Assembly (NCBI GenBank): GCA_963703955.1
Contig: CAVPGK010000010.1
Span: 128,001 to 192,000 of the forward strand
Length of the DNA: 64,000 nt
Source of the DNA: Nitrospirota bacterium
GTDB lineage: Bacteria > Nitrospirota > Nitrospiria > Nitrospirales > Nitrospiraceae
Direction of reading: 5' to 3'
In this document: positions 11,209-20,311 of the stretch, one piece after another
Position numbering within the stretch: position 1 is the stretch's first letter
Layout: every line of letters begins with the position of its first letter
Translations under genes and position numbers: made by a program
Notes under the pieces: generated by a model
Told to the model about the DNA's origin: nothing
Seen by the model: the letters and a program-made list of their open reading frames with translations, nothing else
Database searches by the model: none

Positions 11209-11760
11209 TCATTTTCCGGCTGGAGGCTTGACCGCGGCGCCGATGCTGCTCAGTCCGGCGGCTGCACAAGCCTCGTCGAGATGGCCGCCTGGCGCACCGC
11301 CGACGCCGATTCCGCCGATCACCTCACCATCCATTTCGATGGGCAGGCCGCCGCCCAGAATAAGAATTTTTTCATCCATGTCGCGCAACCCCTGAACGGC
11401 GGGCATCTTCGCGGTCAACTCCGCAAGCTGGCCGGTCGGTTGCCGAAGGCTTGCGGCGGTATACGCTTTCTTGCTGCTGCTGTTGATCGTATGAGGACCC
11501 GCTCCGTCCGCCCGCATGAGCGCCTTGAGCACTCCGGCCCGATCGACGACTGCCACGCTGACGCGATGGCCATCCTGCTTGCATTTTTCCAACGCCGCAG
11601 ACGCGGCCTTGGCCGCCAGCGCCACCGGCAATGTCGCCTCGCGAGGTAGTTCCTCCGCCGCAGCCATGAGGGGTGAGAATCCGATACTCCACAACAGGGC
11701 AAGCGCGATCATGACCATTCGACGCTCATCACCTTGACCGAATACCATGATGACGGTCAT
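11209..11760 (-). CDS. GlcG/HbpS-family heme-binding protein, exported
   Basis: VSVAVVDRAG...KKAYTA...GGLPI...IGGIGVGGAPGGHLDEACA; signal peptide. Confidence 0.88.
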   Translation of the reverse strand: MTVIMVFGQGDERRMVMIALALLWSIGFSPLMAAAEELPREATLPVALAAKAASAALEKCKQDGHRVSVAVVDRAGVLKALMRADGAGPHTINSSSKKAYTAASLRQPTGQLAELTAKMPAVQGLRDMDEKILILGGGLPIEMDGEVIGGIGVGGAPGGHLDEACAAAGLSSIGAAVKPPAGK

Positions 11761-12363
11761 CGCGTCCTCCTTTGCCTATCCACGAAAAGCAATTCTGATC
11801 CCGTCTTTGTGTGGAAAGAACTACCAGGGCGGGAGGAGGTCTGTCAATTCGATCCGCATCTTCTCTATACGAGGGTTTTCCCTTTTCGCACAGGCCAAGC
11901 TTCCACGATGCCTGTAACCCGTCAGAATTCTTCACCCTGGCCTCCGTGACCGCATTGTATTGCGTTTGGCATAGGGTTGGGTTAACCATGCCGTATGATA
12001 GGGGACCTCTCAGACAGATAACCCTCGGAAGCCCCGCTGGCTCCAGCGGGATTACCACACTGACCGGGCCAGACGAGACTGCCATTCCCTCTGACTGGCT
12101 CATCTTGCAGACCAAATTCAACACATGGTATACGTACAGGCACGTGGATTGGTTGGCAAACCGAACATTTGCCATCTCTCACTGGAATTCCGGTGAAAAG
12201 ACTTCCGCTGACAAGCAAGCTCAGGTCGCATCGAGTCGACCACAAGAGGAACTCGAGAAAGCGGTGGGCAAACATTCGCAAGCAGGTAGCTTGTACAGTT
12301 CGTAGGTTCGTCGTCTAGGTAGCCTAATCAGTCCATTGCCAAGCAAGAATAGTCCACCATCGG

Positions 12364-13086
12364 GTGGCGGGAGTGGTTCCAGTGCGACCGGACAGTGCAA
12401 AGCTTGGACGGGGGTGGGAACATCTTCCTGGCAAGGCCTCTTTCGTATCCATTGGAGCAGACGGGACGGCCTTTCATATCGGTGACGGCGGATCGATCTG
12501 GGGTCGCACCGGGAGCAAGTGGGAGTCCTATCCGGGCCATGGCATCGGGGTGGCCGTTGAGCCCAAGGGGGTCCCGTGGCATTGGAATAGGATAGGCGAG
12601 ATGTATAGATGGGCCGATGACAGTTGGCAGCCGTGCCCAGGATTGGCGACATTTATGGCAATTGGTGCGGATGGTTGCGTCTGGCATGTCGGTCAGTGGG
12701 TCAATTTAATTGGTGGGCCGATATACCGCTGGCGCGGATCTGGTTGGGAGCAACAACCAGGGTTGGCCGCCGGCCTCGCTGTTGAACCGAATGGTACCCC
12801 TTGGCACTGGAATGCAGAAGGTCTGATCTATCGGTGGAATGGATCGTCATGGCAAGAGGTGCCTGGCAAAGCGCAGTTTATATCGATTGGACCGGAGGGA
12901 TCAGCGTGGCAGGTTGGCCTTCATCAGGCTTGGGAACAAGGATATGCCATGTCTCTGTGGAGTGAAGGGGAATGGCACACCATTGATGGAGCGGCGGTTG
13001 GAATAGCCACCGGTCCCAACGGTCTCCCGTGGCATTGGAACGCGAAGGGAGAAATCTATAGGAGATTAGAATCAAACCCAAGATGA
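12364..13086 (+). CDS. Tectonin-like beta-propeller (putative lectin)
   Basis: About six repeats of W..PG.A..I.IG.DG.W / V.P.G.PWHWN..G.IYRW. Confidence 0.7.
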   Translation: MAGVVPVRPDSAKLGRGWEHLPGKASFVSIGADGTAFHIGDGGSIWGRTGSKWESYPGHGIGVAVEPKGVPWHWNRIGEMYRWADDSWQPCPGLATFMAIGADGCVWHVGQWVNLIGGPIYRWRGSGWEQQPGLAAGLAVEPNGTPWHWNAEGLIYRWNGSSWQEVPGKAQFISIGPEGSAWQVGLHQAWEQGYAMSLWSEGEWHTIDGAAVGIATGPNGLPWHWNAKGEIYRRLESNPR

Positions 13087-13336
13087 TGGGTCGTTCGAAT
13101 GAACTTTCTCCAAGAAACGATTCGGTTGGCACGAGACAAGGGTTGACCCATCCCTGGACGAGTTACCGCTTCCTTCCGGAGGTGGACAAAGCCTTTCCCG
13201 TAAGGAGACTTTCATCAAACCAAGAGTGGAAGTGGGGCTGCGTGGTGACGTATGATTCTTCTGGGAGCATCTATCTCACTCAACGAGTCAACGATCCATC
13301 GAGTAATAACAGGACGTGGGAACTTTTCGAGGCAAC

Positions 13337-13730
13337 GTGATCCACAAACCGATCGAGTTTCCGGACAGAGGAAGAAGGGTCGTGGCGGTAGTGCTGATGA
13401 TGACCTTCGCTGCCTTGACGCTCGCGCCGGCTGGCTTGGGTCAGCTTGATAGCCAGGCATTTGCTGCGGAGGGCTCCGCTGACTCATCTCAGCGGTGTAG
13501 GGATCAAGATTGCGAGCTGGCTGGCGACGATTCCTTACGGTCTCGCCAAAGTTGTGTATGCCGTCACCGGCTCCATCGTCGGTGGGTTCACATACGTGCT
13601 TTCCGGCGGGAACACAGAAGCGGCGAAGTCCGTCTGGACCTCGAGCATGTACGGTACGTACATTATCCGCCCAGAACATTTGAAGGGCGATGACCCGGTC
13701 CATTTTGTGGGTACGGCCGAGGACCGCTAA
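13337..13730 (+). CDS. Exported hypothetical protein (one frameshift near 13490)
   Basis: Signal peptide in ORF 13316..13693 continues into ASWLATIPYGLAKVVYA...GTYIIRPEHLKG of ORF 13446..13730. Confidence 0.55.
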
Positions 13731-13875
13731 GGCGGACTCGACATCAGTCGACATCCTTTCTGTTCGCCCCATCTCAACTTTCCATCGCACCTGTAACGAT
13801 CCCTGAACCGGCGAGACTTGACCGTAAGGTCCGAAAGATGGCCGGCAGCCTTCAGCCATCCTACAGCCTCCGCGC

Positions 13876-14841
13876 TCAAGACCCTGACTTCGCGCAGCGA
13901 AAGCCGATGGTCGCCATACGTTGGTCCGGGAACCCACCGTTGCGCGTCGCCGCGCGTAGCAGGTTCGGCCGGCTCTTCCATGACCCGCCGCGCACCCCCT
14001 TGTAACGGCCTGCGGTGGGGCCGGGTGGATTACGGTCCGGCATGATGGCGTAGTAGTCGAACCCAAACCAGTCCTGAACCCATTCGGCCACGTTGCCGGC
14101 CATGTGGCGGACGCCATACGGGCTCTGTCCTTCTTCCCCACTGTTGACGGCCGCCACGAGCGGGATTTCGTGAACGTGATACTGGCCGAACACAGCCAAG
14201 CCGGGCTCTGGCTTGGCGTGGCCCCACGGAAAGAGGTTTCCCTCGCTTCCACGAGCCGCCTTTTCCCATTCGGCCTCGGTCGGCAGACGTTTTCCTTGCA
14301 CGTGGCAAAAGTCGGCCGCCTCAGCCCACGTCACATAGAGGACAGGCCAGCTCGCAATCACATAGTCCGGCATGTAGTGCACCGTGATGACATGCCAGAT
14401 GAGTCGTTGGAGCTCCTCGGGCGGTGGCCGATCCCGCTCGTACACATGGGCCAGATACTCGGCGATGCTCGCCTCGTCGCGATCGATCGCATAGGCGTCG
14501 AGCCAGACGCGTCGCTGCGGTAGTTCCGTGTCGTCGAACTGAGTGTCCATTCCGTACGGATCATCGTCCTTGCGCGTGGTTCCCATGAGAAACCATCCTT
14601 CCGGGATGTTCACGATGGGAGAGGATTGGGAGAGCTTCGCGATGGAGATCAAGTGACGGGCCAGTTCGGCAGAAGGGTCAGCTCGAGCGACCAAGAGAGT
14701 CGTGTGCTCCGACCAGACGATGACCAGCACCAGGAAGGCAATGCAAAAGCGCCGGGTCGTTGGTTGGGTAGTGCTCACAACTCTGTATACAGAAACGGAT
14801 GGGCAGACACAACTCTGAGTGGGGTAGACAAACAGGGGCAT
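13876..14841 (-). CDS. Formylglycine-generating-enzyme (SUMF1/FGE-sulfatase) domain protein
   Basis: IPEGWFLMG, RLPTEAEWEKAARG, FPWG, SPYGVRHMAGNVAEWVQD, RGGSW, IGFRCA. Confidence 0.92.
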   Translation of the reverse strand: MPLFVYPTQSCVCPSVSVYRVVSTTQPTTRRFCIAFLVLVIVWSEHTTLLVARADPSAELARHLISIAKLSQSSPIVNIPEGWFLMGTTRKDDDPYGMDTQFDDTELPQRRVWLDAYAIDRDEASIAEYLAHVYERDRPPPEELQRLIWHVITVHYMPDYVIASWPVLYVTWAEAADFCHVQGKRLPTEAEWEKAARGSEGNLFPWGHAKPEPGLAVFGQYHVHEIPLVAAVNSGEEGQSPYGVRHMAGNVAEWVQDWFGFDYYAIMPDRNPPGPTAGRYKGVRGGSWKSRPNLLRAATRNGGFPDQRMATIGFRCAKSGS

Positions 14842-14951
14842 TCCGGAGAAGGTTTTGCAACCGGGCAGTTGCTAGCCTCGATGGAACGAATGAAGAAAAA
14901 GATCGAGACGCTCGTGTAAACGGCGCGGGTGGGGAGAGCCGAAGCCCGGAG

Positions 14952-16163
14952 CTATTCTCTAAGCTTGGCTCTCTGAGATTCGGTGAGGACCTTGGCCTTC
15001 CAGGCCCGCGCTAGGCGGTGTGCCCTGGAAACCTGCGCGGGCGCCATGTCCTTCAGAATCGCCTCCTGAAGCTCTTTGGCTTCCTCATTGTGCTGGTCTG
15101 CGGACAGGGTTGCCCAGAGATACGCTTCGATGAGGTCCTTGGGGACGCCGAGTCCCAGCCAATAGGCCATGGCGAGATTGAGTTGCCCGCTGGCATCGCC
15201 TTGGTCGGCCGCTTCGCGAAACCAGCGGACCGCTTCTGCGCCGTCCTGGGGCACGCCGTCGCCTTTGGCGTACATCAGCCCGAGGCTCACTTGTGCTCCG
15301 GCATGACCTTGGTCTGCCGCGAGGCGGGACCAATAGAGCGCTTCCGCAGCGTCCTTGGCGACTTCGCCGCCTATCAGGTAAATGCAGCCTACGAGATATT
15401 GAGCGTCAGGCAACCCGTGCTCCGCGGCCTGATGAAGGAGGCCCAGCGCCATATGAATATCTTGGGGTACCCCATGACCTTGCAAATACCTCAGTCCCAG
15501 ATTATGCGATGCGGTCGGATGTCCCTGCGCGGCGGCCAATCTATACCAGGAGATCGCTGTCGCCTCATCTTGCGGAACGCCCTGTCCTATCGAATGCATC
15601 ATCCCAAGGCTGTATTGGGCATGCGCCATCCCTTGCACAGCCGCCCGCTGAAACCAACGCAAGGCTTCCCGATAGTCCCGCGCCACTCCCTGACCGTGGT
15701 GATACATCACAGCTAACAACATCTGCGATGTCTGATCTCCTTGCTCAGCCGACCGGCGGAACCAGCGCGCCGCCTCCATATCGTCTTGGGGAACCCCCAG
15801 GCCGGAGAGGTAGAGAAGTCCCAGGTGGTATTGACCTAAGGCGAGACCGCGGGACGCAGCTTTCCGGTACAACCGCGCGGCTTCGGCATAATCCGAGGGC
15901 CCCGTCGCGCCATTTTGATAGATTCTCCCGATGAGGACATCGGCTAACGCCGCCGCGAGATCGGCAGTCGGCTGATCCGCTGAGACGGAACGATCGGGTT
16001 CATTGAGAGCATGATCGGAGAGGTCCGCAAATGTCGGCCTCGGAAAGAAGAGACAGGCTATGATCAGTCCTATGAGAACCCGCATGCCAGATCTCGCCTT
16101 GTGGTGATCCATGAAGCGTGACGGAAAGACAATCAGTACGTCATCCACCTGAGCGGGCATCAT
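14952..16163 (-). CDS. Sel1-repeat protein
   Basis: About eight 36-aa repeats of the form AQY.LG.MY..G.GVPQD..EA..WF..AA.QG. Confidence 0.92.
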   Translation of the reverse strand: MMPAQVDDVLIVFPSRFMDHHKARSGMRVLIGLIIACLFFPRPTFADLSDHALNEPDRSVSADQPTADLAAALADVLIGRIYQNGATGPSDYAEAARLYRKAASRGLALGQYHLGLLYLSGLGVPQDDMEAARWFRRSAEQGDQTSQMLLAVMYHHGQGVARDYREALRWFQRAAVQGMAHAQYSLGMMHSIGQGVPQDEATAISWYRLAAAQGHPTASHNLGLRYLQGHGVPQDIHMALGLLHQAAEHGLPDAQYLVGCIYLIGGEVAKDAAEALYWSRLAADQGHAGAQVSLGLMYAKGDGVPQDGAEAVRWFREAADQGDASGQLNLAMAYWLGLGVPKDLIEAYLWATLSADQHNEEAKELQEAILKDMAPAQVSRAHRLARAWKAKVLTESQRAKLRE

Positions 16164-16390
16164 CGGGGAGAACCGGTGTCGAGAACAATTAGCCTTTGGT
16201 CATAGGACGTTGGTCTAGTGGGTCACTCCAGGGGAGACGCCGGTCAGTTAGAGAGTCGGGTCTGGACCGGACGTTGGATCAGGGGCACCGTGAAAAATGG
16301 CACTCGGGGACAGCCCGGTACACGCCCGTGATCGTATCTGATTGAATACGGGTGGTATCTACTTCGATACAGTTTTTTTGGACCGGCTGA

Positions 16391-17071
16391 CTTCTGCTCG
16401 ACACGCTGCTACATGCGAGAGACGAGGAAACGGGGGCAGGCTTGAACGACCAGCAACTTCGAGATGAGATGTCGACCATCTTCAGCGCCGGCCATGAAAC
16501 GACCGCAAACGCCCTATCCTGGACCTGGTATCTCTTAGCAAGCCATCCCGAGGTGCGCGTACGGCTGCAGGACGAACTGGCACGGGTGCTCGATGGACGG
16601 CCACCGACTGGAGACGATCTGCCGCGCCTGGCGTATACCCAAGCCGTGTTTGAAGAGACCCTGCGGCTGTACCCACCGGCTCCGGCCGTGCAGCGCCGAG
16701 TGACCGCCGAGACGAGGCTCGTAGGCCACCACCTGCCGCTTGGATCCATCGTTCTGGTCAGCATCCGTAATATCCATCGGCATCCCGGCTTCTGGAAAGA
16801 GCCGGAGAGGTTCAACCCCGACCGCTTCCTTCAAGACGAAACCAAGTCTCGGCACCGCCTGGCCTATCTGCCGTTCGGCGCCGGTTCACGAATCTGTGTA
16901 GGGAGTCACTTTGCGCTGGTGGAGGGTCCACTGCTGCTCGCGCTGATCGCGCAGCAATATGACTTGAACCTGGTGCCCGGGCACCCCGTGGAGCCCGAGC
17001 TGACCGTGACCCTCCGTCCGCGCTATGGGTTGCTGATGACGCGGCAGAAACGATACGCGAAGAGGGCCTGA
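16391..17071 (+). pseudogene. Cytochrome P450, N-terminal half missing
   Basis: AGHETT, EETLRLYP, PERFNPDRF and YLPFGAGSRICVG are present. The reading frame opens only after TGA 16388-16390. Confidence 0.85.
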
Positions 17072-17379
17072 TGAAGATCGAGCACTGGAATCAGTCAGTG
17101 GATGGGCAGCTCTCCGAAGCGGCGCTCCGGCGGAAATTGGAGTGCTTGGGCTATGAGACCTCCCGCTACATCTATCCACCCGGGACCTACTTTGCGGATC
17201 ACACCCATGGTATCGATAAGATGGATGCCGTGGTCTCCGGACGATTCCGAATGATCGTCGAAGGACGGGAACTGCTGCTGGAAGCCGGCGATGCCCTGGC
17301 AATCCCATGCGGGACGGTCCACTCCGCAGAAGTGGTTGGCGACGAGGCCGTGGTGAGTCTAGACGGGACAAGGGGATAG
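17071..17379 (+). CDS. Cupin-domain protein
   Basis: PGTYFADHTH...GDALAIPCGTVHSAEVVG; translationally coupled to the P450 remnant. Confidence 0.85.
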   Translation: MKIEHWNQSVDGQLSEAALRRKLECLGYETSRYIYPPGTYFADHTHGIDKMDAVVSGRFRMIVEGRELLLEAGDALAIPCGTVHSAEVVGDEAVVSLDGTRG

Positions 17380-17559
17380 GAGGAAGCGAGCTGCTTGGAA
17401 TAGTTCTTCTGCTCCCGCAGCGCGCACAATAAGAATGTGCTCGCTGGACGGCCGCAATAGGGAACCATCCCAACCAGCCTGCTCGTTGTAAGGAGGAAGG
17501 TGGAGAAGACTGAACGTGAATTGGGACCATAGAGGCGCAGGTCATTCTAAGCTATTCGA

Positions 17560-17757
17560 ATGGCCACACCAAAAGTCCTTGAGATTCTGGACCAGCTGCT
17601 CAGGCTGCTGAAGCAGCGTGTCAAGCAAGGCAAGGGTTGGATCTTCAGGGACGGCCTCATGAACTCGGTGGGCTTCAGCAAATCCTCTCATCAGCACGAG
17701 ACGTTTCTCGGCCTGACCCGGCGCACGCTCGACGTTGACGGCGGTCCGGATGGCTAA
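17560..17757 (+). CDS. Small hypothetical protein
   Basis: 65-aa ORF with ATG start in an intergenic gap; no recognisable motif. Confidence 0.25.
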   Translation: MATPKVLEILDQLLRLLKQRVKQGKGWIFRDGLMNSVGFSKSSHQHETFLGLTRRTLDVDGGPDG

Positions 17758-17792
17758 TTCGGCCAACGTCTTTCCAACGGCCGGGTCCATCC

Positions 17793-18785
17793 TTACATCA
17801 GCAATTCGGCGAGGCCGTACAGCGGCCATGTGCGGCCATCATACGAGAGTTCGCCGCGCACAATGCCCATGGAAAATCCGCCGATCACCCAATTCTTGAT
17901 GCCTTTCCGCTCGGAGAGCATGAGCGCGATCGAACCGGAACCTTTGGCGCCTCGCCAGGTGATGCGCCACTCCGTCGGCCATCTATAGAAGCCGAGCGCG
18001 AACTCTCGGTTCAGAATGATGATGTCAAGCTCATCAAACACGTCTGTTTGCTCATTCAGGACCATGAATCCAGCAAGCTTGCCGACCAATGGCGTGATAC
18101 GCTCGCTCTGTTGGCTGTGCATATACACGTCGCCGGCTCCATCGAGTGACAGGTACAAACCTTGAAATTCCTTCCATAGGCCGATGTAGGTCCGCCTGAG
18201 ACGGTTGAAGTCCGGCATGATGAGATATTCGTAGATCACGCGGCCAGGGATCGTCCGGTCCTGCCACGTGAGAACAGCCGAGGCGGAGCCCATCCACACG
18301 ACCGAGTGCTCGTGAGAGCGGAGCTGCCTCTGTGGAATGGGATCGATCCGAAGGATCAACTCATTTATGCCGCTGGTAACCGTGAGTCCGGCTTCGGGAG
18401 TACCCTCGAATTGAAAAAAGCGGGAATCCGGAATGCGAACGAGTTCTTTCTTGGGGTTGTCGTAAGAGCCGTTGCCGGCCACGTCTATCCATCCTTTGTG
18501 CTGGTCGTGAAGGACCACAGAGTGTTCAGCCTGAAACGCGTCTCCATCCCGCCCCCGATTATTGTCCAAGGCAAATGCCACGCGGCCTTGGCTGTCCGCG
18601 CCGACGAACGAGAAATAGTCGGAGACATAGACGAGTGTGGAGTTCAAAGCCGCTTCGACCACAACGTGAGGAGGAGCAGGAGGAGCGGGAGTCGTAGTCT
18701 CTGTCGCCTGAGCAGGAAAGAGCGAGAACATGATCAAGACGAAATTCACGACTGTCCCGCGAAGATGACGCCTATCAACTGACAC
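17793..18785 (-). CDS. Exported hypothetical protein
   Basis: 330-aa ORF with signal peptide, coupled to the upstream SGNH gene. Confidence 0.7.
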   Translation of the reverse strand: MSVDRRHLRGTVVNFVLIMFSLFPAQATETTTPAPPAPPHVVVEAALNSTLVYVSDYFSFVGADSQGRVAFALDNNRGRDGDAFQAEHSVVLHDQHKGWIDVAGNGSYDNPKKELVRIPDSRFFQFEGTPEAGLTVTSGINELILRIDPIPQRQLRSHEHSVVWMGSASAVLTWQDRTIPGRVIYEYLIMPDFNRLRRTYIGLWKEFQGLYLSLDGAGDVYMHSQQSERITPLVGKLAGFMVLNEQTDVFDELDIIILNREFALGFYRWPTEWRITWRGAKGSGSIALMLSERKGIKNWVIGGFSMGIVRGELSYDGRTWPLYGLAELLM

Positions 18786-19471
18786 TACTTCACCCCCAAT
18801 GCCGGCAGAATCTCCTGCAGGAGCAGGAGGGCAAGTTCACGATGGCCGGCATCGTTGGGATGAAAGCCATCGAGGTCAAAGACCAGATCCTCGCGAACCG
18901 GTTGGGCAAAAAGATCAACAATCGGCGCACCCACTTCTCGTGCTTCCTGCTCAATCGCGCGGTTGAATGCTTGGACGCGCTCGGGTGTCACGACGGGATT
19001 GGGATCTCTCCGGAACCGAGGGAGTTTGGTGAGATCTGGAAGATTGGCAACCACGATGATCTTAGAGACATCTTTCTTGAGGGTTTGTAGGAGGAACCGC
19101 AGGTCCTCCTGAAAGGGCTTGGGATCATCTCCATGGACGAGATCGTTCCCTCCGGTCCATAAAGTGACCAGATGAGCCCTCGTGCCGACACGCGTCGCGA
19201 GCCTGACCTGCTCCTTGATGAGATCGATGCGCGCGCCGGGAACGCCGAGATTGAGGAGGGCGACCCCTGGCAACCGTCTGTCCAGTTCCGAGTTGATGAG
19301 GAAGACATAGCCTTCGGTCGTCGGCAAGGCGCCCACCCCCGCTGCATCACTTGCGCCCAATGCAAGATAGACGAATTCGATCTTCTTCTCGTGCGGCCCT
19401 TTCACACACGCCGACACACTGAAACAGGTGGCGATCGCCATGACCATGGCGAGGAGACGATGGGATTTCAT
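18785..19471 (-). CDS. SGNH/GDSL-type hydrolase lipoprotein
   Basis: YLALGASD, NLGVPG, GGND, DGFHPN; lipobox VSAC. Confidence 0.88.
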   Translation of the reverse strand: MKSHRLLAMVMAIATCFSVSACVKGPHEKKIEFVYLALGASDAAGVGALPTTEGYVFLINSELDRRLPGVALLNLGVPGARIDLIKEQVRLATRVGTRAHLVTLWTGGNDLVHGDDPKPFQEDLRFLLQTLKKDVSKIIVVANLPDLTKLPRFRRDPNPVVTPERVQAFNRAIEQEAREVGAPIVDLFAQPVREDLVFDLDGFHPNDAGHRELALLLLQEILPALGVK

Positions 19472-19800
19472 GGCGCCGACTCCTGACAAAGGTGATTGGT
19501 ACGCCTAGAGGGTATCTTGAAAGAACCATTGAAGATATCAGTCCTAGGCCTACAGGAGATCAGTTCATCATGCTGTCGGCAGAGCGCGGTCAAATGAGCA
19601 AGTTTGGGCCGTGAGATCACAGTGGTGACCCTAAGGAGATTTCGACGACGGTGACAGAAGAGACCGGAAAAAACCAGTTGTCTTGGTGTACGGCCGATGG
19701 TAACTTCGCTCCCACAGAATTCGCAGGCCAGGGAAAGCGCCTGCGAGAGCCCCTTGGGATTACGAACCTATACGACACGTAGGGAGGGATCGTCGAAGCC

Positions 19801-20292
19801 ATGCCGACAACACTATACTCTATACGGCTTCTCATGGGACTGATAGCCCTGGTATTCACGGCGTGCTCCACGCTCCCGCGCGATATTGAGCCGCTACGGA
19901 TGAACATCGTCAATATCGCACCTAAAGATATTGCTATCTTTGAGCAGCGGTATGACGTGCAGCTCCGTATCCTGAATCCCAACGACTCGGACTTGGGCAT
20001 CAAAGGCTTGCGCTTTGATATCGAGTTGAACGACCAGCAGTTCGCGAGTGGGATGTCAGGGCAGAAAGTCACCGTGCCTCGCTTCGGCTCTGAAGTGGTC
20101 AATGTGGAAGTCACCAGCGGCCTCAGCAGCCTTGTTCGCCAAGTAGAACAGATGAACAAGACAGGTATGAACAAGGTTCGTTATCGGATTAAAGGCACCG
20201 CATTTGTGGAGTCCCCCGGTAACTACAAGGCGCCATTTGATGAGAAAGGTGAGATCGACTTCACCTCATCATCAGCAGGCGACAGTCAATAG
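19801..20292 (+). CDS. LEA type 2 / WHy-domain lipoprotein
   Basis: Lipobox FTAC, LRILNPNDSDL.I.GL.F.IELN..FASG. Confidence 0.85.
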   Translation: MPTTLYSIRLLMGLIALVFTACSTLPRDIEPLRMNIVNIAPKDIAIFEQRYDVQLRILNPNDSDLGIKGLRFDIELNDQQFASGMSGQKVTVPRFGSEVVNVEVTSGLSSLVRQVEQMNKTGMNKVRYRIKGTAFVESPGNYKAPFDEKGEIDFTSSSAGDSQ

Positions 20293-20311
20293 CCAAGCTG
20301 CACGCGGCGTG

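Noticed and set aside
13876..14010. C-terminus of the FGE-domain gene as a remote DGR target
   Set aside because: The protein motif (RGGSW...IGFRCA) is shared, but codons opposite TR AAC often end in G or A (aag, ctg, acg, ggg, caa, atg, gcg) and there are many non-A mismatches. This is family homology, not TR-derived sequence.
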